34,695 nucleotides of DNA from Armatimonadia bacterium (GCA_039683575.1 JBDKRC010000250.1:1-34695); one strand, 5' to 3'. Counted from the first letter of the stretch, positions 26,835 through 34,674 are shown. Made by a program: numbers and translations. Notes: generated by a model not told the origin, from the sequence alone.

Positions 26835-29059
26835 GGAAGTCTCCGCAATGATATGGAGGCACCCAGCCGCGTAGCGCGGGCGTCTCGCCCGCCTGCGCCG
26901 GTCACCATGAGGTTCTGGCCCCCGCTCGTCAGCAGCTTCGCCGCTAGTTCCAGCGCCATACTCGCCGCAAAGGTGTGGCCCCAAGCCGGGGTCTCAGTCG
27001 TCGCGGCCGCCTCCCCCTTCCGCAGCGTCACGTCAAGCACCTGCGCGAGAGCGGTGGCCCCGCGGCGCGCAGCGTGCTCGGCACTCTCCAGCACCAGCAG
27101 GCAGGCCCCCTCGCCGGGCACGTAATCAGGCTGCGCCTGCGCCAGATACCGCAGCAACGGCTCACTGAGAGCCTCCACGCCCCCGGCTAACACCACTTCG
27201 GCGCGGCCGTCGGCGATGATCCGCCAGGCGTAGTCAAGCGCGCTGGCCGCGGAGACGTCGCCGACACAGAAAGTGGAGGTCGGCCCCTGCAGGTCGTACT
27301 CCACCGCAGCGAGACTGGTCGGGGTGTTGGCAAAGGAGTGGGTGAAGATCACAGGCGAACCAAAGCGAACGCCCTTGGACTGCACCCGCGCGGTCATGTT
27401 GGCCATGGAGTCGAGACAACCAAACGCCGTCCCCAAGCACAGCCCCACCCGCTCGTGCTCAAGCTCCCGCCAGTCGAGCCCCGCGTCATCCCACGCCAGC
27501 GCACAGGCTGCCAAGGCGAGTTCGGAGCAGCGGTCCAGGTAGGTCTTCTCGCTCTCCAGGTAGTCTTCCACGACGAAATCGAGGCACTCAGCCAGCAGCG
27601 GCAGACCATGGCCAGTCAACCGCTCGGGCGCGCGCCGGCCCTCACGGCCTTCGGCCAGCCCCTGTGCAAAGTCGTCGCGACCGATCCCAATCGCCGAGAT
27701 AGGCGCGACACCTGTCACCACTACGTCATGCTTCAACACATATGGACCGGGAACAGCGCAAGTTACCGCGGTCGGCGCTTTGGGTGGAGCCTCGGAAGCA
27801 GTCTCAGGTGGCGGCCCAAATACCACACACGCGTTGCTCCCCCCTACCCCTGCCGAGATCGTGGCCGCGTAACGCACTGTGGCTTCACGCGCCTCGTTCG
27901 GCACATAGTCCAGATCGCACTCCGGGTCTTTCTCACGGTAGTTGACCGTAGGCGGCACCACACCCGTCTCGATGGTCTTCACGCACGCCAGGGCCTCCAC
28001 CGCCCCCGCTGCACCCATCAGGTGCGCGATGGCACCCTTGATTGAACACACCGGGATCTCGTAGGCGTGGCCGCCCAGCACACTCTTGAGGGCCTCGGTC
28101 TCCGCTACGTCGTGCGGCTTGGTGCCGGTCCCGTGGGCATTTATGTGGTCAAGCTTCGCCGAATCAAGCTGCGCGTCGTTCAGCGCCCCGCCAAGCACCC
28201 GCGCCATCCCTGCGCCGCCCTTGTCGGGGGCAGTGAGGTGATAGGCATTGTTGTTTTGCCAGGAGCCGAGCACTTCGGCGTAGATCTCGGCCCCGCGCGC
28301 CCGGGCGCTGTCGAGGGACTCCAGCACCAGCAGCGCGGCGCCTTCCCCAAACATCGTCCCGCTGCGGTCGGCGGAGAAGGGCCGGATGTCCTCCGCCGTG
28401 ATGGTGTGCAGTACCGAGAGCCCGGAAAGCGGCGAGGGGGAGAGCACGTCATGTCCGCCGGCGAGCATCGCCTCGGCCTTGCCGGCGCGGATGAGATCGA
28501 AGGCATACCCGACCGCCGCCGCGCCTGAGGCGCAGGCAATTGAGAGCAGACTCAGGGGGCCGGTGAGGTCAAAGGCGTGGGCAAGGCAGTCGAGGGCGGT
28601 GTGAAAAGCGAAATCATCGAAGTCCGACGGGCTACCGTCACGGCAGAAGTCTTCCCAGGCCAGCCCGCCCCCAAAGTTCGTGGAGAGCACGGCCCCAACA
28701 GGAAAATGGGGACTGACACCATTTTCCCCCTCACCGCGTTCGGAGGCCACCAGAGCCACGCTGGAAAATGGTGTCTGTCCCCGTTTTCCGCCACGCAGCC
28801 CTGCATCCCCCAACGCCTCTCCCGCCGCATGCAGCAGGAACTGCACCGCCAGATCGGGGGCCTTCCGCAGGCCGTAGGCGCTCGGATCGAACGTCCAGTC
28901 GTTGATCTCCCCGCCGTTTTCGTTGCGCAGGCCGGTCGGATCGAGGCGGCTGAGGCGCTTCATCCCGCGCTCTCCGGCGCACAGCCGCTGCCAGAATATC
29001 GGCACACCCAGCCCTAACGGCGTCACAGCCCCAAGCCCCGTCACCACTACACGATTCAT
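26831..29059 (-). CDS. fabF: beta-ketoacyl-ACP synthase II-like domain fused to a second, degenerate KS (chain-length-factor-like) domain
   Basis: Domain 1: NRVVVTGLG, ACASG (Cys), NAHGTGT (His), SIKGAIAHLMGAAG (His). Pro/Ala linker. Domain 2: DVVVTGVAPISAIG...GEGACLLVLES, with VGDVS in place of ACASG and a truncated C-terminus. Confidence 0.88.
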   Translation of the reverse strand: MNRVVVTGLGAVTPLGLGVPIFWQRLCAGERGMKRLSRLDPTGLRNENGGEINDWTFDPSAYGLRKAPDLAVQFLLHAAGEALGDAGLRGGKRGQTPFSSVALVASERGEGENGVSPHFPVGAVLSTNFGGGLAWEDFCRDGSPSDFDDFAFHTALDCLAHAFDLTGPLSLLSIACASGAAAVGYAFDLIRAGKAEAMLAGGHDVLSPSPLSGLSVLHTITAEDIRPFSADRSGTMFGEGAALLVLESLDSARARGAEIYAEVLGSWQNNNAYHLTAPDKGGAGMARVLGGALNDAQLDSAKLDHINAHGTGTKPHDVAETEALKSVLGGHAYEIPVCSIKGAIAHLMGAAGAVEALACVKTIETGVVPPTVNYREKDPECDLDYVPNEAREATVRYAATISAGVGGSNACVVFGPPPETASEAPPKAPTAVTCAVPGPYVLKHDVVVTGVAPISAIGIGRDDFAQGLAEGREGRRAPERLTGHGLPLLAECLDFVVEDYLESEKTYLDRCSELALAACALAWDDAGLDWRELEHERVGLCLGTAFGCLDSMANMTARVQSKGVRFGSPVIFTHSFANTPTSLAAVEYDLQGPTSTFCVGDVSAASALDYAWRIIADGRAEVVLAGGVEALSEPLLRYLAQAQPDYVPGEGACLLVLESAEHAARRGATALAQVLDVTLRKGEAAATTETPAWGHTFAASMALELAAKLLTSGGQNLMVTGAGGRDARATRLGASISLRRLP
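28701..28789. repeat. inverted doublet of 27-bp palindromes inserted in-frame in the ketosynthase gene
   Basis: GGAAAATGGGGACTGACACCATTTTCC (28701-28727) and GGAAAATGGTGTCTGTCCCCGTTTTCC (28763-28789) are reverse complements with 2 mismatches. Confidence 0.8.
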
Positions 29060-29082
29060 GGTATGTTCCTATCCCCCATTCC

Positions 29083-29829
29083 CTACATCCGCAATCCGCC
29101 GTCAACGCTGAAGACCTGCCCCGTAACATATGAGGCTCGGTCTGAGCACAGAAACGCCACCAACCCCGCGACCTCGTCCGGCTCACCGAAGCGCTGCATC
29201 GGAATCATCCCCAGCAGCGCCTCACGGCGTGTGTCGGGCATGTCTTTGGTCATGTCGGTCGCGATAATCCCGGGGGCCACCGCGTTCACGCACACCTTCT
29301 GCAGCGCCAGTTCACGGGCGAGGGCCTTCGTCAACCCCACCACACCCGCCTTAGCCGCCGCATAGTTCGCCCGCTGCAGGTCGCCCATGAGCCCCGCGTC
29401 AGACGAGATGTTCACGATTCTCCCCCACTTGGCCTTGAGCATCTGCCGCACCGCAGCCTTGCAGCAGAGGAACGTACCCTTCAGGCATGTATCAACGACT
29501 TCCTCAAAAGCATCCTGGTTCATGAACGCCAGATACTGGTCCCGTAGCAACCCCGCGTTGTTGACGAGTATCTCCAGCCCGCCCAACTCACCGGCAGTGC
29601 GGGCCACCATCTCCTTCACCGCAGCCTCGTCCCGCACGTCCGCCTGTACCGCGATAGCCTTGCGGCCCAGCGCTGCAATCTCGGCGGCGACAGCGTCAGC
29701 GGCTTCGGCGCTCGTGTTGTAGTTCACCGCCACATCGGCCCCGCACCGTGCCAATTCCAGCGCGATTGCCCTGCCAAGGCCCTTGCCCGCGCCGGTGACC
29801 AACGCCCGCCGACCGCTGAGATCAATCAT
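29083..29829 (-). CDS. fabG: 3-oxoacyl-ACP reductase (FabG-like SDR)
   Basis: [26 protein letters not shown] (YxxxK), VNAVAPG and VDGG motifs. Confidence 0.92.
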   Translation of the reverse strand: MIDLSGRRALVTGAGKGLGRAIALELARCGADVAVNYNTSAEAADAVAAEIAALGRKAIAVQADVRDEAAVKEMVARTAGELGGLEILVNNAGLLRDQYLAFMNQDAFEEVVDTCLKGTFLCCKAAVRQMLKAKWGRIVNISSDAGLMGDLQRANYAAAKAGVVGLTKALARELALQKVCVNAVAPGIIATDMTKDMPDTRREALLGMIPMQRFGEPDEVAGLVAFLCSDRASYVTGQVFSVDGGLRM

Positions 29830-29835
29830 GGCGCC

Positions 29836-30324
29836 TCACTTCTGCTCCAGGTACTTGCGGACATCCGCCTCATCCACCTGTTGCGCCTCCCCGAGCCACC
29901 CGGCAACCGCTTCGAGCGTCACGCCGGCTTCCCGTGCCACCCGGCGCGCTGCCGGCGTTGCCCGCACTCGCTTGCCCAGCTTCGCCGCCAACTGTGCCTT
30001 GAGATCGTCATCCGCCCGCGAGGCCGCCTGATGCTCGGCCAGAAGCCGCGCATTCTCCGCCTCCACTCCCTCCGGCACCGCTTCTCCCATTTGCGCCACA
30101 AAGGCCAACACGTATCCTACCGGTATGACGCTCTTCTCGGGCGCATAAATCCGCAGAAGCGTCCCCCGGCACTCCATCTCATACTCAAAGGTGGCTTTGT
30201 CGGTGATGATCTCGCATAGCGACTCACCCACCTCGAGCATGTCGCCTTCCTGCTTGAGCCAGCGGTTGAGCGTGACTTCATCGAGATTCTCGGCCCACTT
30301 CTCAACCTTGAGCAAATGACCCAT
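29836..30324 (-). CDS. stand-alone lipoyl domain + peripheral subunit-binding domain protein (E2-like, no catalytic domain)
   Basis: WLKQEGD...EIITDKAT lipoyl-Lys motif, then RVRATPAARRVAREAGV PSBD motif. Stops at 162 aa. Confidence 0.88.
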   Translation of the reverse strand: MGHLLKVEKWAENLDEVTLNRWLKQEGDMLEVGESLCEIITDKATFEYEMECRGTLLRIYAPEKSVIPVGYVLAFVAQMGEAVPEGVEAENARLLAEHQAASRADDDLKAQLAAKLGKRVRATPAARRVAREAGVTLEAVAGWLGEAQQVDEADVRKYLEQK

Positions 30325-30362
30325 GTTATACCCTTTGACAGCAGCTTCTTGATCTTCAGCCG

Positions 30363-30391
30363 AGTATACACAGCCCCCGAGACAGCGTCAA
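30363..30391 (-). promoter_or_regulatory. sigma70 promoter for the long minus-strand operon
   Basis: Minus strand TTGACG - 17 nt - TATACT with an extended -10 TG, about 40 nt upstream of ATG 30324. Confidence 0.8.
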
Positions 30392-30426
30392 CGCGGGGAG
30401 GTCTGCGCGGGACCGGGCACGAACCC

Positions 30427-30537
30427 TCGGGCTGTAGGGCGGGGGCTCGTACCCCGCCGGCCGTTATCTATGACCACACCCGAGCGGCGGGGTACGAGCC
30501 CCCTGCGACGCAGACGTCGCTCCGCCCTACAGCCCGA
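30427..30537. repeat. GTAG REP doublet (REPIN-like) with a 20-nt hairpin insert in one arm
   Basis: Left arm TCGGGCTGTAGGGCGGGGGCTCGTACCCCGCCG. The right arm is its reverse complement interrupted by CTGCGACGCAGACGTCGCTC. Confidence 0.8.
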
Positions 30538-30567
30538 ACCAGAGCCCCACCCCAGAGGAGCCACACC

Positions 30568-31323
30568 TTGCGACCCATCATCGCCATCATCGCCAATATG
30601 TTGCGCCACGACGGTGGAGAGTTCTCTCTTCGTGATGTTGTCAGCCACCAGTTCGGGGACCTCATCGCCTCCGCCGGAGCCGCCCCGGTCATCATCCCCT
30701 GCACCGAAGACGTCGAGGCCGTCGAGACCGTGCTTGAACGCGCTGACGGCCTCCTGGTCAGCGGAGGCCCCGATGTCTCGCCGGATGTGTACGGACAGGG
30801 CCCCTGCGCCCATCTCGGCGGCGTAGAGCCCCTGCGTGATGCCGTGGATGACATCGCCCTGCGCTATGCCTATGCCCATGACATGCCCATGCTGGGTATC
30901 TGCCGCGGCATTCAGAGCATGGCCGTCTACGCAGGCGGTACACTCATCCAGGACATCCCCTCGCAGGTCCCCAACGCGCTGCAGCACGGGCAGAAGGCGC
31001 CGGGGTTCCATGGCATACACGAAATCACCATCGAACCGGAGTCGCTCCTGGCACGCGTCACCGGACGCAGCCGCGCCATGGTGAACAGCTTCCATCACCA
31101 GGCCGTGGACACCGTGCCCGAGGGCTGGGTGGCCAGCGCCCGCACCGCGGACGGCGTGATCGAAGCCATAGAAAAGCCCCAGAGCAAGTTCTGCCTGGGG
31201 CTACAGTTCCATCCTGAGCTGATGGCGGCCCGCCATCCCTTCGCGATGAGCATCTTCAGTTCATTTGTGGCGTCCGTAACTGGCAACTGCCCCTACGGCA
31301 GTCCGGCCTTGTACAACTCATAG
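30568..31323 (+). CDS. peptidase C26 / gamma-glutamyl-gamma-aminobutyrate hydrolase family (class I glutamine amidotransferase, PuuD-like)
   Basis: GLLVSGGPDV, LGICRGIQ, VNSFHHQAV, DGVIEAIE and GLQFHPE motifs. Start at TTG 30568 after GAGGAG. Confidence 0.92.
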   Translation: MRPIIAIIANMLRHDGGEFSLRDVVSHQFGDLIASAGAAPVIIPCTEDVEAVETVLERADGLLVSGGPDVSPDVYGQGPCAHLGGVEPLRDAVDDIALRYAYAHDMPMLGICRGIQSMAVYAGGTLIQDIPSQVPNALQHGQKAPGFHGIHEITIEPESLLARVTGRSRAMVNSFHHQAVDTVPEGWVASARTADGVIEAIEKPQSKFCLGLQFHPELMAARHPFAMSIFSSFVASVTGNCPYGSPALYNS

Positions 31324-32441
31324 AACAGCTTCGTAACCTTCTCCACATACCGCACCGTCTCGGGGATGTTCGGGATGCCTCCCGCCCGCTTTACCGCCCC
31401 CGGGCCGGCATTGTAGGCCGCCAGCGCCAGCGCGCACTGCTCCCAGTTTGACCGGCCCGCAAAGGCCCGCAACTGGTCGGAGATGTACTTCACCCCACCC
31501 GCGATGTTGCGCTCGATATCCCACGGGTCCACTCCGAGCGCCCGCGCCGTCCCCGGCATGAGCTGGCACATGCCTATCGCACCCGCGTGCGAGACGCAAC
31601 TCGGGTTGAAGCTCGACTCACACCTGATCACCGCAAACATCAGGCGGTGATCCACCCCATACAGCGCCGAGTAGTAAATCACTGAGCGCACAATCAGCTC
31701 CAACTGCCCATCCGTCAGCCGCCCGTTCTGCTTGGCCACCCACTGTTTCCACGCAGACACGCCCTTGGCCGCCGAGGCGTTGAGTTGCGGCATCTCGGTG
31801 CCCGGCCGTACCACGGGCTTGTCCACCGGCGGCGCGGGCTTCTCATCGGGGATAACCGGGGTGCGCTTGGCATCGTCATCTGCCTGCGGGATCTTTACAT
31901 CTATCTTGTTCAGCGGCGGGCCGGCCGCCTTGGCCGCTGCGGCCTCCGCAGCGGCGTATCGCTGCTCCTCGGCCGGCAGGTCGCTCTCCAGGATGACCGC
32001 CCGCATCAGGAAGTGATCTGACGGGCGGGCGTCAGGGGCCAGATCGGCCAGCACGTGCACGACGTTCTCCACCACGAGCAGCGGATGCTCCTCATGGGCA
32101 TCGACCATCACCCAGTCCTTCACGCCCGGAATAGACAGCGTGAAAGTCAGTGGCACGGCAGCCCCCGCAGCCTGGGCGTTAGTGCGGCCCAGGATACGAC
32201 CAAAGAGCTCGACCGACTTGCCGCGCCAGGGCCCCCGGCCTCCATCGAGTTGGTCGGTCGTGAGCGTCACCGCGCCCAGAGACTTGCGCAAGGCCAGGTA
32301 CTCGCGGGCATTGTCCTTGAGCACAGGTTCGGCGGCAAAAAGTGTGGCAGGAAGCGACAGGAGGACAGCCAGGACCGCAAGTAGGCCCACGAAGTGGCCA
32401 CGGCTTAGGTTGGACAGCGGTAGTGTGAGGTGTGTTCGCAT
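31293..32441 (-). CDS. lytic transglycosylase (SLT domain) with N-terminal signal/anchor and unknown domain
   Basis: AVIRCESSFNP..VSHAGAIGMCQLMPGTA, ALAAYNAGPGAV and ET.RYV motifs. The track's extension to 32888 runs through the tRNA, so it is not coding. Exact start uncertain. Confidence 0.88.
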   Translation of the reverse strand: MRTHLTLPLSNLSRGHFVGLLAVLAVLLSLPATLFAAEPVLKDNAREYLALRKSLGAVTLTTDQLDGGRGPWRGKSVELFGRILGRTNAQAAGAAVPLTFTLSIPGVKDWVMVDAHEEHPLLVVENVVHVLADLAPDARPSDHFLMRAVILESDLPAEEQRYAAAEAAAAKAAGPPLNKIDVKIPQADDDAKRTPVIPDEKPAPPVDKPVVRPGTEMPQLNASAAKGVSAWKQWVAKQNGRLTDGQLELIVRSVIYYSALYGVDHRLMFAVIRCESSFNPSCVSHAGAIGMCQLMPGTARALGVDPWDIERNIAGGVKYISDQLRAFAGRSNWEQCALALAAYNAGPGAVKRAGGIPNIPETVRYVEKVTKLFYELYKAGLP

Positions 32442-32456
32442 AATAGAAGCCCCCGG

Positions 32457-32489
32457 ACAAACAAAAAAACCGCACCCTCCGGCGCGGTT
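32457..32489 (-). terminator. intrinsic terminator after tRNA-Glu
   Basis: Minus strand AACCGCGCC-GGAG-GGTGCGGTT followed by TTTTTGTTTGT. Confidence 0.85.
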
Positions 32490-32562
32490 CCCTTTGTTTT
32501 TGCCCTCGGCCGTCGGTCCAGGCACTGGGCGAAGACAAACCGGCGGAGCGGCGAATGATGTT

Positions 32563-32637
32563 TGGTACCCCCACGGGGAGTCGAACCCCGGCCTACGGAC
32601 TGAGAATCCGGTATCCTTACCACTAGACCATGGGGGC
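32563..32637 (-). tRNA. tRNA-Glu (anticodon CTC)
   Basis: GCCCCCATGGTCTAGTGGTAAGGATACCGGATTCTCAGTCCGTAGGCCGGGGTTCGACTCCCCGTGGGGGTACCA: cloverleaf, GTTCGA T-loop, encoded CCA, 75 nt. Confidence 0.97.
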
Positions 32638-32657
32638 ACCGTCCAGTGACAAAGCGA

Positions 32658-32686
32658 ATTATACCGAAACTGGCCCAGGTCGTCAA
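32658..32686 (-). promoter_or_regulatory. sigma70 promoter of tRNA-Glu
   Basis: Minus strand TTGACG - 17 nt - TATAAT. Confidence 0.85.
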
Positions 32687-32881
32687 CACCCTTTGGTAGG
32701 ACGAGATTCGTTGCCCCCAGGCAGGTGCGCGCCGCCCTCACGGCGCAAAGACTGGCAAGCAATACTGCCAAGCGCTGCTCTCGATCAGTTTGGGCATTTC
32801 TCTCGCAAATGCAGGAGAATGCCGCAAGTTGCGGAACAACCTGGGCAGTATCTCGAAACGTAGCGCTAAGGGAGCACCTGC

Positions 32882-33546
32882 ATGACACGTCGTGGCTTCA
32901 CTCTAATTGAACTGCTGGTTGTCATCGCGATCCTCGCCATTTTGGCGGCGATCCTCTTCCCTGTCTTTGCCAAAGCTCGTGAGAAGGCCAGGCAGACGTC
33001 CTGTCTGTCGAACGTCAAGCAGCTTGGCAACGCCCTCGTGATGTACAACCAGGATTACGACGAGCGCTTTCCCAGTTATCTCCCGGCCTGGCCGGCGCTG
33101 CCCAGTCCTCCTGGCTCAGGCTGTTCCTGGTGGGAGGGCGTTGTGCCCTACGTCAAGAACTATCAGGTCTACGTGTGCCCGAGTTACCCGCGCCGCAGAC
33201 CACTTGGAACTACAACGAGCATTACTTCCCCCTGCAACCGTCCTATGGCTACAATGCCGCGCTCTACGCCCTTGCCCAGGCGAGCCTTACTCGACCGGCC
33301 GAGTGCATTGCGCTGGCTGATAGCTGCCACCCGGCCGGCGGTGACTGGCGCTTCGCCTGGCCCAAGTCTCCTCTCGTGTTGCCCGGCACAGGCAACACGT
33401 GCCTGGTCAAGACCACGCCCTCGGCCCAGGAGCCATCCACCGTTCACAACGGCGGCTCCAACTGCGCCTTCGCCGATGGTCACGCCAAGTGGCTCAGGGA
33501 CATCGAGATCTACTCGAACGGCTCCGGCAAGTACCTGACGCCGTAA
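32882..33546 (+). pseudogene. DUF1559 / prepilin-type N-terminal cleavage-methylation protein with H-X9-DG C-terminus, frameshifted near 33185-33200
   Basis: Frame 1 gives [42 protein letters not shown]...YVCPS. The expected SYGYN and [16 protein letters not shown] motifs lie in the -1 frame ending at 33546. May be a sequencing indel. Confidence 0.8.
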
Positions 33547-33565
33547 GGGCACCTTCGCATGAATC

Positions 33566-33598
33566 GAGACGGGCCGGACGCCATGTCCGGCCCGTTTC
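33566..33598. terminator. hairpin terminator between convergent genes
   Basis: GAGACGGGCCGGAC-GCCAT-GTCCGGCCCGTTTC followed by TGTGTT. Confidence 0.75.
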
Positions 33599-33624
33599 TG
33601 TGTTCGGTTGAAACTCAGCGGCCC

Positions 33625-34674
33625 CTACAGCCCCCGCTTCCCCTGACGGTGCAGCAGGTACAGGAAGAACGGACACCCCAGCGCGCTGGTGATGATCCCA
33701 ATGGGAAGCTCCGTCGGCGCCAGCAGCATCCGCGCGGCGATGTCGCTCAGGACCATCAGCAGCGCCCCCATGACCGCCGCCAGCGGCAGCAGCCGCCGGT
33801 GATCCGGCCCCACCAGCATCCGCGTCACATGCGGCACCACCAGCCCCACGAAAGCGATGATCCCCGATACGGCCACAGCGCCGGCCGCGAGAAGCGAGGC
33901 CAGAGCAAGCAGCAGGCGCTTGCCCGCCTGTGTGTTGAGCCCCAGGCTGGCGGCAGCTTCATCGCCCAGGAGCAACATGTTCAGCGGCCTCGCCAGCACC
34001 ATAGCCGCGACCAGACCGACCGTGGCCTGCGGCAGGATGATCCATACCTGCGGCCACCCACGGCCACTGAGGCCCCCCAGAAGCCAGAACAGCACCCCCC
34101 GGAGGTCCCGCTGCATCAGCAGCATCATGAAGGACGTGAGAGCGGAAACCAGCGAGCCAACGGCTATGCCGGTAAGCAGCAGCGTGCCGGTCTGAACCCG
34201 TCCCCCACGTCGGGCCAGAACGTAGACGAGGAACACCACCGCAAGCGCGCCGATGAACGCCAGAAGTGGTACCGAGACCACCGCAGCGGCACCTGCGGCG
34301 CCCACGGCCATGGCAATGATCGCCCCCAGGGCCGCGCCCGAGGAGACACCCAGCAAGTATGGGTCCGCCATCGGGTTCTGGAACAGCGCCTGCATGATCG
34401 CCCCCGACAGAGCCAGACAGACGCCCACGAGCGCCGCCAGCAACACGCGCGGCAGGCGAAGGCTGAGGACGACCGTGTGCAGGCCGTCGGCTTCATAGGG
34501 CACCCCTGCCACGACATAGCGCACACCGTCGCCCAGGGCGCGCATGACGTCGCGCGGCGAGTGCTCAGCAGCCCCCACGATTAGTGCCAGGAACATGCTG
34601 GCCAATAAGGCCAGCAGCAGCAGGGGTACGGTGATTGCCATGCGGCGGCGGGTGGCGGCGCTGGTGCCGGTCAT
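33625..34674 (-). CDS. FecCD/BtuC-family iron-siderophore/cobalamin ABC transporter permease
   Basis: LRLPRVLLA, QALFQNPMADPYLLGVSSGA, GDEAAASLG, IAFVGLVVPH and ELPIGIITSALG.PFF motifs. Confidence 0.95.
   Translation of the reverse strand: MTGTSAATRRRMAITVPLLLLALLASMFLALIVGAAEHSPRDVMRALGDGVRYVVAGVPYEADGLHTVVLSLRLPRVLLAALVGVCLALSGAIMQALFQNPMADPYLLGVSSGAALGAIIAMAVGAAGAAAVVSVPLLAFIGALAVVFLVYVLARRGGRVQTGTLLLTGIAVGSLVSALTSFMMLLMQRDLRGVLFWLLGGLSGRGWPQVWIILPQATVGLVAAMVLARPLNMLLLGDEAAASLGLNTQAGKRLLLALASLLAAGAVAVSGIIAFVGLVVPHVTRMLVGPDHRRLLPLAAVMGALLMVLSDIAARMLLAPTELPIGIITSALGCPFFLYLLHRQGKRGL

Noticed and set aside
26831-29829. Housekeeping fatty-acid synthesis operon or aryl polyene cluster
   Set aside because: No plsX/fabH/fabD or dehydratase genes are present, the KS is an atypical fusion, and aryl polyene-specific genes are not recognisable.
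183-30537. Repeats as a CRISPR array or IS ends
   Set aside because: The copies are dispersed or inverted rather than regularly spaced, and no cas or transposase gene is present.
30316-30567. N-terminal extension of the C26 hydrolase ORF
   Set aside because: It spans the divergent promoter and REP doublet; a good RBS + TTG lies at 30568.
32563-32637. tRNA-Glu as an integration site for a genomic island
   Set aside because: No integrase, and I saw no duplicated tRNA 3' end in the window.
32690-32881. Cobalamin, glycine or c-di-GMP riboswitch
   Set aside because: I could not find the consensus core motifs by eye, and the region is not upstream of the FecCD/BtuC gene.
32442-32888. N-terminal extension of the lytic transglycosylase ORF
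   Set aside because: It runs through a terminator, tRNA-Glu and the tRNA promoter.
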